Source: the human T2T-CHM13v2.0 reference genome, Homo sapiens
NCBI RefSeq assembly: GCF_009914755.1
Contig: NC_060926.1
Strand: one strand, 5' to 3'
DNA: 64,000 nt
Made by a program: the position numbers and the translations under genes. The notes below the pieces were generated by a model. That model did not search any database, was not told the origin of the DNA, and was given only the letters and a program-made list of their open reading frames with translations. Below, one piece after another: positions 43,324 to 58,240 of this stretch (within the stretch, counting starts at the first letter, position 1; every line of letters begins with the position of its first letter).

Positions 43324-44029
43324 GACTCTCCCCTATTAATATCTGGAAAGGCTTCCATTCATCTAAGCTCCCAGGAAGGAGACTGGAAGAGGGAAAGGAG
43401 CCTGATTCCTTCATGGAGGACTTAGGTTGTCAAGTCTGCCTTCCATAGCAGGTTCTGTAACTAGATAGAGCTGAGTTTGATTTCAACCCTCCCTCTCCTG
43501 TATTTAAACTGTAAATCTGGATACATTTTCAACATTTCAGTCTTTAATTTGAAAACAAGTTTCTTGAGTTGTAGTGAATTAAATAAGAAGAGGTAGTTAA
43601 GTAGGTGCCCAATAAATATAATATTAATTTTCTTTCTATTCTTTTTAAGAGAATCTTTCAATTTACCATATTTTCTTTTCCCATCATTCTATTTTATTAA
43701 CTTTAAGAGAAACACTCTTCTCCTCCAATCCTGGAAAATTTTTTTCTTCTTTTTGCCCTGAAACTTTACATTTGTATTTTAGGCCTTAGTGTCTCTTGTT
43801 TGGTATGGCTAACCAAGAAGGTATGCTCAAACCAAATGAAAAAATGGATAAAATAGTACTTCAAGAGTGAAGAAAATAACCTATTTTAATTTAGCATTTG
43901 GCTGCAGCCAAAAATTTGCCTTTTTTTTTTATTCTCTATTTTTTGAATAATCATAGCAGTCCTAACAGCTCGTAGAGTCACAGAATCTCTTTTAGGGGAC
44001 TTAGTTTTCCCTTCTTTTCATTTGCATTT

Positions 44030-46360
44030 CATATGTATCCCAATCATTTTGCTGTCCATACCTCTTATTAGAGTAGCTTCCTAACTGCCTTCCTGCTTCT
44101 AGTGTCTCTCTAGTATCCAAGTGATTGTCAACACACCTGTCAGCTCATCTTCCTAAAAATTCCACTTGGATTATCTTACTTTCTTAGTCATTAATTTCAA
44201 TAACTTTCCTCACCCATAGAATTGTGTCTAACAAGACTTCCACGATAAAGTCCTTCTGTTTGGGCAATCTTTTATCCTTCTCTTTCTTAATAGTTGCCTT
44301 CTTTTCATCCAAATCAGCATTGGTTCTGTTTTGTGTGTATACTGGGCTCAAGTCAGTGCTGCGAATTTGTGTCCCTTCAATGCTCTTGTGCTTTTTTCTC
44401 TTTTCTCTGCTGGTCCTAAGCAGACTGATCTTTCAAGAACCAACTATGTCTTTCCTTCTACATGAAGATTTCTCCCTTTTCTCCAATCAGTGTACACGGT
44501 TTCTTTTCTAAATAGCTATTTAACAAAGTTTGAACCACTTACTGTGGTGTTTAATCAAATTCTTATCTGAAACAGTAAGACTGTTTTTCTTCTCATCTCA
44601 AAGGGACAGAAAGTTCCTGGAAGGTAAAAATGGTTTTTCAAAATTCTCTCTTACTGATTATGAGGACTAGCATAGTGATGGATTGATTGATTAACTGAAT
44701 CAAGTATGATGTGAACTCTAGCTACATCATTGTTATTGTTATCTGAATAGTGGCAGTCCACTAGGCCTGTGACTTCATCCCATGTTATCCTGGCTGCTTG
44801 AAAACAGTGTTTGCACATCCAATTTAGGGGAAATCTAGAGTAGAGTTATGACCAGGGCACTCTGCAATTTTTAATATGTTGCATTCAACTTTGTGTTGTT
44901 ATAATCAGATGAGAGTTCTTGCAATCAAGCAATTTAATATGCGCATGGAAAAACAAGGACATAAAAATTGAGAAAAGACAGCAAAGTTTCAGTTCAAGAG
45001 ATTTAAGATGAAATGAGCATAAAATTCCTATGAAAATCAAAAAATAAGATTATGTTTTATTCAGTAGCTTTTTGATGCAATCAGTGATAGAAAGCCATTT
45101 ACTTTCCTCAAAATTTTGTATTTCCCCGAGATAATGTAGGGCATGAATAGTAGGATTTTGAAAAAGACAGTTGGAGGAAGAAACATACAATTTACTATTA
45201 TATTACTTTGAAAGGGAAAAAGAATGCTTTTATTTTGCCCCTGGAAATCTGCATCTAGATTTGAAAACCTGGACTATTTACTCCTACTACACCTCCAATA
45301 CCCAATCCATTGTCAAGCTGTCAATCTAAAATAAATGAGTCAGAATGTAGTTTAAATAAAGTTTATTCAAGCGCAAAGGTTGAGACTGCAGCCTGGGATA
45401 CAATTCCAAGGGGCCTTGGGGAAGAAAGGCTTGTTTTAAAAGAAAAAGGGACAAATCAGGAGAGGAGGGATTACAAAAGTTGTTCATCAAGGATTCTCAT
45501 TGGTTTGCAGAAATAACATTGATTAGTGATTGGCTATATGTTGTTGAACTGGAGGATGCATGGCATTTTATATGTACTTGGCATCAGTTAGTCTAGAGCC
45601 CACAGATCAAGTGGTTTCAAGAGGTTGTTATTTAGCTTAAGGCGGAGTGAGATGTGACTACCTAAGTATTAAATGTCTTTCTGGGCCTGATAATTTAAAG
45701 GGGCTTGCATTTGTCAGATAAAAGTTTTTTTTCTTCCTCAAAGTTCTATTGGCTTCTACCTCACAGTGCATCATAAATTTATGCTTTGATCTGCAACCAT
45801 AGGTTAAACTTCATTCACCCTCGTTAGAAATATTGTAAAGGCCTTCTAACTCCTTTCCCTGCCACAAATGTCTTTCTTCTCAAATGTATTCTCCATGCTG
45901 CACCCTGCATCATCAAAAATATACCATGTACTTTTCTGCTTGCAGAAATGCCAAATAAAGTTCAAATTTTCATGTCCTATCTGATCCTGACCCACTCTTT
46001 CTCTAATATGTCTTTCCAATGTACAGTTTATAGACTGGCCGTACAGGATTTCTTGGCACAGTGCATAATTTTTTGCTTCCATCTTTGTTGGCATCTTATT
46101 AGTTCTGCTTAGAATGCCCTAACCTTCATCCTTATCTATTGAAATCATTTTCATCCTTCAAGAAACAGCACCTACATTAAATATTAAAAATTTTTGCCTT
46201 CCTGAATGGATGTGAATTGCTCTTGTTTTTTTCCAGTAAATTTGTTTTCCACAAACTTTTATTGTTTATCATAGTACGTTCTCTTAAATCAGCAGCAGAA
46301 ACTAGTCTTATTTATCCTTATAAATCCCATAGTGTCTAGCATAGAGTACCTCTACTTACT
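44030..46360 (+). mobile_element. L2 LINE fragments (two degenerate segments; the second is split by MER65)
   Basis: cttcctaactgccttcctgcttc, ccaatccattgtcaag|ttctattggcttctacctc, tcatccttcaag, gtgtctagcatagagtacc. Confidence 0.6.
45319..45740 (-). mobile_element. MER65-like ERV1 solo LTR
   Basis: Minus-strand start TGAGGAAGAAAAAAAACTTTTATCTGA...TTTAAATTATCAGGCCCAGA; TG...CA ends; 4-bp TSD AAGC/AAGT. Confidence 0.8.
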
Positions 46361-47379
46361 TCCATTATTCTTATAAGGATTACCTTCAAGAATGACAAGT
46401 CCTACTCTAGCTTGTTGTTAAACTTTTCCTTTTGCCTCATTTTAAAGAAGCATTGATCATGTAATCTGTAATGAAAAGAACTCCTACAATAGATCAAAAT
46501 TGGTTTTTAGAGTTAGAAAATTTTCTTTCAGCTCTTAATTTGTTATTGTTAAGATCATGTAACGTTAATAAATTGTCAAGTTGGAGAAGTATGATCAAAT
46601 TTCTTCCACATGAGTTGCAACATTCTAGGGTGTTTAAAGATTTTGGGCAGTGACTAATTTTAAATACTTTTTGAATTGATGATACTCATTAGAGCAGGTT
46701 TTTCATCAATGTCCTTGTAACAGTGTTTTATTGTTTTGTGTTACCTTGGTCAGTGTCAGTATTTCATGTTCAGTCAGCAAGAAATGTATTTTTCTAATAT
46801 ATTCATGAGATACATTCTTCTTCATTAATTTATCAATTACTCTTGAATTGTTTTAAATTAATTTAAAGATTATCTCTTCTTTTTAATGAATTACTACTTT
46901 TGATAGAACCTGAAATTTTTGGTAATAATGTCCTTCTTAGTGTCTGAATAATTTCTATTGATTTAATAATTCATTTGTATCATTTTAAAATTTCATATTC
47001 CTTTAATTTTTAGTTTAAATTTTATCTCATTTATTTAATACATAAATTTAAATATGACAAGGGAAGGCATGCTTCATATCCATTCAGATGAGGAGCAGTG
47101 TATTCCTAGTCTAATAAATATTCTCTTAGCTAGATTTCAAAGATGCCCACTGTCACTCTAATGCCACCTGACCCAAACATGATGGAGGGAAATCAGAGTG
47201 AACAGAGACAGTGGTCCTAATTTAGCTAAAATAAGTTATTGCTAAAAATTTCACAAGGACATCTGATAACATAAACACATTGCTAGGTGTTTTTTCCTGG
47301 GTCTTAGAAGTGGCCTGTGAAAATGAGGTTAAAGCATGTGCTTTCTTAACTTCATGGTAAGTCACCTGGTCTTTGACGA

Positions 47380-47480
47380 GCCATCCCTGCTGTGTGACCT
47401 TGATTACAGTCAGATGGTCTCTCTGGGACTGGTCTCCTCACCTGGAAAATGAAGTAGTTGAACTAAATAATTTCTAAAGT
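47380..47480 (+). mobile_element. MIR3/MIRc fragment
   Basis: gctgtgtgaccttg...tctcctcacctggaaaatg...ttgaactaaataatttctaaagt. Confidence 0.65.
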
Positions 47481-48129
47481 TTACTGAGGAATAAGTTCTA
47501 AGATAATAGTTGTGAGGGAGGATGGGTGTTTGTGGCAGTAATGTTGTCATATAAACAAAATGAGGTATTCAAAGGGCTGGGAGACTTAGTAGGAGTGTCA
47601 GATATGTTAAGTATTAGGTTTTGGTTACTGAGGAAATTTTAGTTAGTTGTTACATTGTAAAGAACATTAGAGACAAATTAGCAATGGCAGAGAAAGCAAA
47701 CCCAATTCTCTTCATTGCAGCCTTTTAATATTTTGTGGTGTGCCCACACAGAAGGGGTACTAAGAAGCCATAAAAAAGAGTGAATTATGTGTCTATATCA
47801 ACATAGAATGAATCTGAAGGGAACTGCTAAATAAACAAAAGTAATGATCAGAACAGTGTGTTCAAAATACCTTTTACCTAAAATGGGAAAATTATGAATG
47901 TATGTGTGTGTATGCGTGTGTATGCACGCATGCTCACCTGTCTGTTGCTTATGTGAAAAAATGTATACCAACAAATGAAAAAACATGTATATGGGGAGGT
48001 TGGAGGGATCTGGCTACGAGAATACTAGATTGGGGAATATGTTGGTTTTGGTGTGAATGTGTGTGAATGATGCCTTCTTTTGTCATCTTTAAATTTATTT
48101 ATCAAATAAATAAATGTAAATAAAAGTTA

Positions 48130-49830
48130 AAGGAATATGAAACAAAGGTAATGCAAATGAATGATTATATAAATAGATTTGACTCCAGAATCCTGAAAAG
48201 ATTTTGTTATAATATAAAATTAAAACAACATTTTAAAAAGTCTGAAAATATAAAGCAAATAAAATAATTGAATGTAACTATGTATTGACTTGATAATTTA
48301 GTCAGCAAAGAGGAGTTACTTCAAATACTTTTAAAACAAAGTAATATGTCTATACATCTATAGTGGTATATATACCAAGAGCAAAGTCACTGTAAATACA
48401 TCTTTGCCTGTTTTATCATATTTTTAGTAAAAATATTGCCATTGTTACTTTGTAATTATAATAAGCTAATGCAAATAAGTAATCTTATTAGTAGCCAAAA
48501 TTTTTATTGAAAAGAAGATAAACAAGTAAAAAATAAAGTAAAAATTATATAATTGCAAATTTGGATTGGAAATACTAGTATAAACTCATGATGCATTTTC
48601 ACTTAAAAAAATTCAGCTTCATGTGGTTCTATCTACTGAAAAACTTAGAAACAGTGGCGGTGAGTACTCCTTGAGGCCACTGGTAATCTCTAAACAGCAT
48701 TTCTCACTGAAAGAAACTATGGATCTTTGGAGAAATAGCTGGTTCCAGATTGGGAATAGAGAATGTATGAGATGAGCCTGAAAAATCTTATATAAGAATT
48801 CAAGGAACTTTTCAAAAACTGAGAGGCTTGGGTCAAAAGTATTAGGGTATAACATGATGAGCTTTTTATGGGCTAAAGAATTTTATCACCAAAAAGAATA
48901 AAAACTTCCATAAGTTGAAACATATCAAATATGTTAAAATACATGAATATGTATACTAAAAAAAGCTGGTCACTTTTGGAGGATGCTAGGGAACCAGTGA
49001 ATTATTCTGAAAACTGGAAACTTTTATACCTTTCCTGGACAAACTACCCAAGGGAAAATTCTTTTTTTAATAGAATAATTCTAGCTAATAAATGTAGAAA
49101 GAGTGATAGAATTAAAATATTATTATTTTCCCAGTACTGATGAACTAATGGATCTAGGCAATCATTATTAACAGATAATAAAATCATGAGGTGAGAAACT
49201 GTTGGGAAACTTTATAATGGATGGATTAAGCTTAGCAATACATGAATTCAGTCAAGAATCTAAATATCACAAAGAGAAACAATCAGCCATTTTTTGTTTC
49301 CTGATACGATGCTAGGGCAATACCTAAGATAACCTATAAAAAACTCTATTTCTGAAAAAATTCAATCTCAATCTGATCAATCCTCTAATTCTAACTGTCA
49401 GTTTATGTGAACTATACAGGACAGAGAAATAGGTTAGATTATAATATGAAGGTACAATGAGCAAAATATAAAAATTGGGAAAATCTACAGGTCAAGTGAT
49501 TTCATGTCCTCAACCAATAAATTATAAATTTTAAAATAAAATTAAGCACGTCAATGGAATGCATTATATGGAACTTATTTGAACAAAGCAATAATTAATA
49601 ACAAACACACAGACACCAACAATAACAAGAGAAAGCCCAAAACATTTTATGGGGGATATTTGACTAGTTTGGATATTTGATAACATTAAGGCAGTCTTAA
49701 AGGTTGCCATTTTTATAAGGTATAATGTTTTTGTTGTTATAAAAAAGAGACCTTAGGCTTTCAAACTAAAGGAATTACAGAAAAAAATAACATAATGTGA
49801 TGTGGACTTTTTTTAAAAAAAATAATCAAA
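48130..49830 (+). mobile_element. L1MC-type LINE-1 3'UTR
   Basis: catttctcactgaaagaaac...tttggagaaatagctggttccag...gatgagcctg; ctaatggatctaggcaatc. Confidence 0.7.
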
Positions 49831-50309
49831 TTGGACGGATAATTTGGGTGAGTATGTTCAAAATATCTATAATATGACATTTAAAAATATATAGGTAAGT
49901 GAAGGTAAACAATTGGGTCATGAATGAATTCCAAGGAGCTGAGGCTATGTGGATCTGTAAGAAACTGGATCTGAGGTGGAAATCAGTAAAGCATACATCT
50001 ACAGAAAAGATCATTTTGTAGCAGAGGTCATTTCGGAGGTAATTTTCTGAAAATGGAAGAGGGGAAATGATGAGGGCTACATAAGCAGGAGATGGCCTTT
50101 TTCAATTCTCTTCTTGACCTGGCAATCTCCCTTTTGGAACTGTTCATGTTTTTGCACAGCTCTGTCTTACGGTTCTCCTCTCAGTCCCTTCATCTGCCTC
50201 TTTCCCTCTTGGATTACTTTCCATTAACTAGGCATATTATACAATAAAAATGTACTTAATATATTTTGGAAAATTGGTATTTTTTATTGTAGTAGTGGAG
50301 TATTTTATG

Positions 50310-50780
50310 TGTGATCATACACCCAGGTTCATCTGGATCAGACCCAGTTTATGAGTTTTTGTCCCAGAGAAATTATTAACACCACTTTCCCTCTGTTTTA
50401 GTCCATTTGTGCTGCTATTACAAAATATCTGAGACTAGGTAATTGATAAAAAACAGAAATTGTGTTTTCACAGCTCGGGAGGCTGGAAAGTCCAAGGCAA
50501 GGTCCTGGCAGTTTCAGTTGTCTGGTGAGGGCTGCTTTCCTGCATCCTCACATGATGAAAGAGCTGAAGAGCAAGCTAGCCAGCTAGCCTAAAGTGGTGT
50601 GAAGCCCCACTTATAAGGATTTTAATCCCATGAACAAAGGAGAAGCCAGCATGACCTAATCAGCCATTAAAGGCCCACCTTTTAATACTATCACATTGGC
50701 AACATGAATTTTGGAGGGGACACATTCAAACCATAGCATCCTCTAAAAAGTGTCCTGGATTGGATGATAAACTATATCTT
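50310..50780. mobile_element. MER94 hAT-Blackjack element split by a MaLR LTR
   Basis: cccagtttatg...gtcccag...aattattaa on the left; ctaaaaagtgtcctggattggatgataaactatat on the right. Confidence 0.65.
50394..50738 (-). mobile_element. MSTC/D-like MaLR solo LTR
   Basis: tgttttagtccatttgtgctgcta...ggggacacattcaaaccatagca; 5-bp TSD CCCTC/TCCTC. Confidence 0.88.
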
Positions 50781-51172
50781 TTTCTAAATTTTTGCAACAG
50801 TTGACTGTCATTCATATTCTTTAGGAAGTGTTTGTGCTAATACCTTACCTATGAGAGAGATGACATTAATGTATTGGCAGGCATGTATCCCTTTGAATAG
50901 ATTCTTTTGGAAGAATTAAAAAATTGCACAGCGGAGAGCACAATCTCTAGAGAGCAGAGGAGAGGCATATTTTGATAGAGAAGGAAGGTTTCAAACATAG
51001 GCAGTTGTATGGAGGGAAAGCCAGATGTGGGGGCTGGAAATGGGATTTACAAAGCTGAAACACACCAGTGAGAATAGATGGAGTCAAATATAAAAATTGA
51101 GATCAGGAAGAGCCAAATACTAAGCAGGGCAACAGCAGTTTGGTTTAGGCAATACCATTATCTCAGTACTAG

Positions 51173-51204
<32 letters not shown>

Positions 51205-51769
51205 CAGTGAAACACAGATTGGCAAGAAATGCCTTTTTCCCCCTGTATCTAATTCCCATGATTACAACTTAAAATCTTGGTCAATTAATTATTTTCTCGA
51301 ATCAGTTTCTCACCTTTCCCAGATTTCTGTTTTAGAGCGTAGATACCAGGATATGTGTGGAGGGGTGTGGTGGACCTGGTTCACAGCATCATCATCTGGC
51401 CCTTGGGCATCTTCTTAGGTATGCTTATTCTCATCTGTCCTTTGGTCCTAAAACTTCTTCACCGCCTGCTCTTGTATTTATGTATGAAATCCCTCCACCA
51501 CCTTTGGACACAGAAAATCATCTGGCTGCCTTCTTGGCTCTGGGAGCTCTGGGGAAAGCTCAACAAGGCCATCTCAGAGTGTCTTCTGCATACCCCATGT
51601 AGCCATCTCCTGGTGCTGTGCCAGCTGCCATGCCAGGAAGCTCTTCAAGGCTTGCTGCTTCTTCTGGCACTACCTCCCAGCCCTATGTAAGCGCTGGGAA
51701 TTATTAAGCTTATAACGCCTTATAATTGTTATTTGCTGAGCCTCATGGAGTTTTTACCTTATGAATGTG

Positions 51770-52156
51770 CGCTTTAGTATTGAGGAGGACATTCAAGAGT
51801 ACTCCCTTGTAGATTTTTGGAGTTCTTTTTATTTCTCCTCTCTGGTTTCTGCCTCACACATTTCATCTCTCATAGCATCCCTGAGTTCTGATCTTTGTTT
51901 CCTTAATTCAAATATTTTCACCATTTGCTTGGGTTCCTGCTCGCTCCACTATAGTCCTTAAAGCGTATCCGCTGAAACTGAGGTGATTGTAGGGCCTACC
52001 ATGTTTGCCTGGATTCCCCCAGGAATCATAGTCTTCCTTTGTCTACCATCCAATGCCTAAAAATTATTACTTCATATATTCTGCCAAGTTTTCTAGTTGC
52101 TGCTAGAGGAAAGTCTGCCACCAGTTAACGCCATCATGGCCAGAAGTGAAAGTCTA
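51770..52156 (-). mobile_element. Ancient L1M 5'-end fragment
   Basis: Ends ccatcatggccagaagtgaaagtc, as old L1M 5' termini read in antisense. Confidence 0.5.
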
Positions 52157-52668
52157 CAGTTGTCCTTTTTAAGTTACATTTTTAGTGATACATTTCTCTG
52201 ACAGTCAGGTAATGCACTCTAGTGCATAGCCTGGCTCTCCCTACTGGTTAGCCTTATTGCAAACTATACCACTCTACACATGGAGGTGAAAACTTGATTA
52301 CATGCTGCTTCCTGAGTCTACCTTCCCTTTACCACTGCTCTATCACTGAACATGACTTTCTCTCCACTATTTGGGATTCTCAGAGATCATACAATTTTTA
52401 TCCTTAGGTATGTGATACCTTCAACCTTACAAAGCATTGTAATATACAGTAAAATAAGGAACATATGGAGAGAAGCATTGAGCTCAAGGTGTTTTAAGTG
52501 GGCCTCAGAAATAAGTAGAACAATCAGGTTTGGCTCTTGGTAGCCAAAAACAATTATTATGTGCCCCAATTAAATGCCACACATTATTTCAAGAGTAAAT
52601 CAAGTAATTAAAAATAATCTGTTGAAAACAAGCCTTCCTAATGAATGAATTAAAAAAATGGCGTAACC

Positions 52669-52885
52669 CTGGGCTTGGCAAGTTACAGCCTGTTGGTCAA
52701 ATCTCACCTGCTGCCCGTTTTTGTGCAAACGACCTGAAAGTTAGTAATGGCTTTTACTTTTAAAAATAGTTACATATTAAGAGGCTACATAAATGCCTAT
52801 ATAATATTCTCAATTTTGTCTCTTGACTCACAAAGTCTAAAATATTTATTCTCTGGCTCTTTAAGAAAAAGTTGGCTGGCTCTTG
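52669..52885 (+). mobile_element. MER58 (C-like) hAT element
   Basis: ttggcaagttacagcctg...caaatc...cacaaagtctaaaatattta...tttaagaaaaagtt. Confidence 0.75.
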
Positions 52886-52899
52886 GTCTTTAACATTTT

Positions 52900-53245
52900 C
52901 TCCATCCATTCCTCTATACCATTCATGTAACAATTATTTATTGAATGCTTTATATTGTACAAGGTACCTTGCTAAGATAAAAAAATTAGGCAGAGAATCT
53001 TTTTGGGTTCATAATTTAAAAGGGAAGATAAGACATGAACATTGCTATAAAGCAGTAATATAAGTTTGAGTAAAAGAGGATTCATGCGAGAGGAAACAGG
53101 TTAAGAACTATCCTATTTCAGCAGAGAATAACTAACTTCAAGCTGGAGATGTTAGAGGAATCTCACCGGAGGAGGTGGAATTGGAACTGGGCCAGCAGGA
53201 CAGATAGGTAGGATTCAAATATACATAGCTAAGTACATTCCAGGA
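52900..53245 (-). mobile_element. L2 3' end fragment
   Basis: ccatccattc...aacaattatttattgaatgc...ggaggaggtggaattggaactgggcc...cattccaggagga. Confidence 0.65.
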
Positions 53246-54669
53246 GGAAAACATTACTAAAACTCAGTCACAGTTGCAATTTTTAAAATGTGCTACAAGT
53301 TCACTCTTGAATTCTGAGTCCTGCCCTTGGAGTGGCAATTAATTGATGTTCCAGGGTTTTGAGAAAAACATTTTGGTTCTTTGATACAAATTTTCATCCT
53401 GACTTCCCACCTGTTTTCTCTCCTGTGGCCAACATTTAGGCTGAGTTTCCTTGTAGGCATTCTAAGGGATTAGGTAGCAGGTTTTGAGGAGCTGCTTTCC
53501 TAGCTGAATTTTCAGATTTGGGATTCCAGTGGGTTTAGTGGGGAGACAGTATTCCATAGCCTCATCCCAGATTAGAGAAGTTTTGGCCAAAGTACTCCAT
53601 GTACCACCCTCTGCGTGTGTGCTGTGTTCACCAGTGGCAACTCTGCGAAGACACCCTTCTGTAACTGCACTCCTTCTCTCCATGGGGACCCACAGCCAGC
53701 AGCATCTCCCTGGTATCTTTGCCAGCCTACTATCTCTAATGGTGGAGAAGGAAGGAAAATCAGATTCAATATTTGTAATGTTCAGACATTGCTTTCTCTC
53801 ATGTAAATAAGCCTCTTAATGCTAGGACCAAAGAAATTGATCTAAGCAAAAAGAGAATCTTTATTTCCCCTGTTTAATAGAGACTTGAATACACAATGAG
53901 AAACTGAAATAAATACTGTCATTCATCTTAAATGAAATGAGCATAACCTGAAAATAACTTTCTTATGGATCAAAGTTTTTAAAGTAGAGTTAGAATGTAA
54001 AAAGATTATTCAAAGGAATGAAATTCATGATATTGAGTTTTCCTGTGAAAATAATCTTTTAATACGATTTGGGATGATGGCATGGTTCCTGATTGATGAG
54101 TTATATGTGAAAGAACAGTTTAGGGGGGGAGTATGAATACGATCATTTCCGGAGAAAGAGCTATTAAATAATATTACCTATCCTTTGAGGTAAACGTATT
54201 TTTTGTTTTTAAAGAGTAGTCATCATTAAATTTGTATGCTGATTAACACAAAGTCTCTGAAATCAAACTCTATTCATGGACATATACAGCAGTACTTATT
54301 AGGCACAATAAATGGAATAATTTTCATAATGGATTTAATGTTTTTCCATTTGGCAGTCAGAATAGTGTTTCTTAGTGTCACAAATACACTACTTTCATAA
54401 CACCTTTTTATTTCTTCCATGGGCTTTGTAGTTAAGTTTGAATAAATCTGTGTGGTTTTCCTTTAACTTTTCTTTTAATCTTGCATAATGGTCATACTGA
54501 CTTATCAATTATAGGACAGTGAGAATTGACTTAAAGATATATCCAAGATTGAAGGAGTCACTGGACTTGAATCAGATAAAATGTAGTATTTTGGAGGAAG
54601 TTTTTGCATTTATTTGGCAACAATAAAAGTTTTTTACATTTCCATAGTATTTAAAAATATTGTTGGTGC

Positions 54670-55130
54670 TGTGCCGTAATATTTTGGTCTGCCCTTGGTT
54701 GCGAGTGGTAGAAACTTAGAAGGGCTTGATACCAAAAAGAGAATGTATTGTCTCACAATGCTGAAATGTCTAGGGACATCAGTCTTCAGGAATAGCTTGC
54801 TACGTGTTTTCAACTATATAACTAGGGTTTTGTTTCTGTCCGTACCTTGGTTCTATTTTCCTCTGTGTTGGCTACATTCTCAGTATCTCCCTCCATCAGG
54901 TGACAAGATGGCCACTGATGACTTGATGCATACATGGTCCTTATTGCTTGAGATACCAAAGGAAGCGGGAGCATCTTTACTCACAGCTTTAGCAATTTTC
55001 CCAGAGCACAGTGACTTGGGTCACATACCTTGAGCATAGCTAGGGTGTAGAATAGTAATTGACCACACCTATGTGACCTGCATACATCTGAGGCAGGATG
55101 TATTACTGTGGTTTTGGGAGCAAGGGCTTC
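54670..55130 (-). mobile_element. MLT1K/L-like MaLR LTR
   Basis: ttggttgcgagtggtagaaac...tcttcaggaatagc...caagatggcc...acttgggtcacatacc. Confidence 0.6.
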
Positions 55131-57404
55131 TGGATCAATTCATTAAAGATCAATAAACCAAAAGACTAATGAGTAATTTATTGAATTCATTTTTCTTTTA
55201 TGATTTATTTTTAAGCCAGGTTTCATTGCTCATGTATAATGACACTTTAAGGGATATTCACTTTATCTTGGCCTTTATTCTGTACTTCTGTAGCTAAGAT
55301 GGAGTCAGAGAGGTGGGGAATGAGGAGCAGAGAGAGGAGAGACATCTGGCCATCCATTCTGCCATTACTTTATTGGTAGTGTCATATCAACAAGGCTACT
55401 ACTGGACATATCTAAGATCTAAGCCCTACATAACTTTATTCGTTAGTGCTGGGGCAGTAGGTCTATGTAAGTGAAGGCTGATTCATCAGTGGACAAATCC
55501 CATTGACAGGTTTTGTGGAACTGATGTGCCTAGTCCCAGGACCACAAAGCACTCACAAGGAACAAGTTGGGACCTGGCCACCAACAAAGTATGAGTGCTT
55601 TGTCCATCTGTCGTATATTGTATGCTCTATGGACTTTCATGCTATGCCATTAAAGAATTTATGTGAAATAACAACAAAGTATTTTTATAAAGAATTTTCT
55701 AAAGGTCCTCAAGATAGGGGTCAAAAAAGGAGCTGTAATGATTCCCTGTATCCTCAGCCATGGACTCTGTCCACATACACTACCCTTCCAGGGTTTCAGG
55801 TTTTGAGACAAAAAGAGAATTACAGTTGCAAGAGGGAGATCACATTATCCTTTGTACTCACAGTAAAGAATCTGTGAAGGTGTAATGTGAAGAGCGTTTA
55901 ACTAGGAGTCCAAACATCAGAAATTACATCTTGTTTTTTACCGTGTTCTAGCCTTTTGATTATAGTTAAATAATAACTTTCTAACCTTTGGTTTTCTCAG
56001 GGATATAAAAGATTAATAATGATCCTTTTAAAATAGTTACCAAAATAGCATTGTGAATATTATAATTGTAGAAAAAGATAAGATGAAGCAATTGATTTAC
56101 TATTCAGAAGAAGCAAGTACAATTTTCTTAATATTTCTAGTGTTTTTGTCAACTGCTTGGAATAAACAAACTTGCATTTTGCTCTTCTACAAGGACATTT
56201 GAAATAAAATACATTTTAGAAAGGTAGATGAAAATTTCTTTGTCACTGGTTATTTAGTAGTGACAGTAGAACATGTAGATGACTGTTTCCAAAAGCGATT
56301 CCTTTGTATTTTGGGGGTAGTTTAGACTTGCGTTATACCAATGCAAGTAACCATCACTATCTCTTGCAGAAATAGCAGTGCAGTGCATGGTCACAGTTTG
56401 AAACATCAATGGCTGTCAGTTAAAACACGTGGAATGTCTTGAAACACTGCTGTGTGGGGGCAATAATCTATTTTGATCATGAAATTACACCTTGAAGAAC
56501 TATTTTTTATTATAGGCATTTTTAAAAACCAAATTACACCTTGTGGTGCAGACTGGGTTAAAAAAATTCCAAATGTCAATATGATTCTAATATGTGATGC
56601 TATAGGGCTTATTTTTCCTGAGTTTAAAAAATTATATTTTCTGTGCTTGGCATCCACACTGTGCTCTAGGGAACCACATTATATCTGTGTACTTCACTGA
56701 TCTTCTTTGTGGAACTACAGTGATTAATGAGAACAATAATCAATTAAGAACTCATTTATTACACTTCATTAAACCAGTGATCTATTGACACTCACAAGAT
56801 ATGAACATAAAGTACAATTTAATGATTAAAATAGTAAAGGAAATTAAACATATCATGGAATGTTAACTCATTGGAAGAGTTGATAAAGATGATTACTTTT
56901 GTGCAACACAAGAGGAGTCTTTTTATATGAACTTCAGCTAAAGGAGAAATATGAATTTAAAAAGTGGAATGCTCACAACTTAATAAAGGAAGCTATATTA
57001 TAGAACCTTTATATGCTTAGAAAAACAGGACAGGCAAAAACACATGAAAGTATATGTTGACAAAAGACAGTAACATCATAACATAACACAGTTACTATGT
57101 GCACTTTGCTTAGTGTGAAAGATCCAAGATGACAAAGACTCTGAAATGAGATTAAAAAAAAATCTCAATTTTCTCTTTTGATCACTGAATAGTGTTCTAC
57201 ATTTATATCATTATAACAAAGCACATTTGTTTGGCTAAATCAGACTCAGTAATATAAACACAAATGTTACGTTCTCTCCCTTTTCTAAAAAACATCTACT
57301 TAATGCCATTGCTGTATGGGAGTTTTTGCTTCGTAAATAGGAGAGCAGAGAGGTTTGGGTTGGGTTTCATGGAAAGAGTCCAGAGGAGAAATGGTGGTGT
57401 TGAT

Positions 57405-58209
57405 CAGTGGTTTATGAAAAGATACGCTACCACTCTTAAGGGAGTGTTTAGTAATTCATGACGGCATTAAAAAAATTGTGAGGCATTTCTAGTTTCTCAC
57501 AGTGATTGTTTGTGTTGGGGGGAATACAACTGGCAGCTATTGAGGGTGCTATATTATCTACAATGCATGAAATATTTCTACATAATGAAGACTTGTCCTG
57601 AGACTCCTATGAATTTTGATCTTCTGACCAGACATTGAGGTATATAGAAAAACCTGTATATAAATAACTGAGTCTAAATGCAAAATATTTTTTACATGTC
57701 AGTATGTTTTTTTTTCATGGTGTTATATCTATTGAATTTTGGAGAGATAAACCTGCTGAATAAATCAAGGCACGTTTACACTTTGAAGCATCACCTTACC
57801 AAGAATTGTTTATTATTTTGGTAAATCACATGATTGAAAGAAATGCTAATGCCAGATACCAATATCAGACTTTCTTTGAGGCAGTGTGATTCTCTGCAAT
57901 TCTATACATAGAGGCAAATATCAGCTTATTGTTGGCCCTCCCTATTCATGGGTTGTGCATCCATGGATTCAATGGAAAATATTTGGAAACAAAAAATAAC
58001 AATACAGCGATAAAAAGTAACACGAATAAAAAACAATGCTGTATAACAACTATTTATGTAGCATTCACATTGTGTTATGTATTATAAATAACATAGAGAT
58101 TATTTAAGGTATATGGGAGGATGTGCATAGTTATATGCAAATACTATTTTGCCATTTTATATAAGAAATTTGAGCATCCTTAGATTTTGGTATCTGTGGG
58201 AGGGGCATG

Positions 58210-58240
<31 letters not shown>

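Noticed and set aside
51355-51690. 111-aa leucine-rich ORF
   Set aside because: Non-ATG start, no motif, adjacent to an old L1 fragment
53462-53810. Cluster of overlapping ORFs in a locally GC-richer patch
   Set aside because: No recognisable domain or splice structure; explained by base composition
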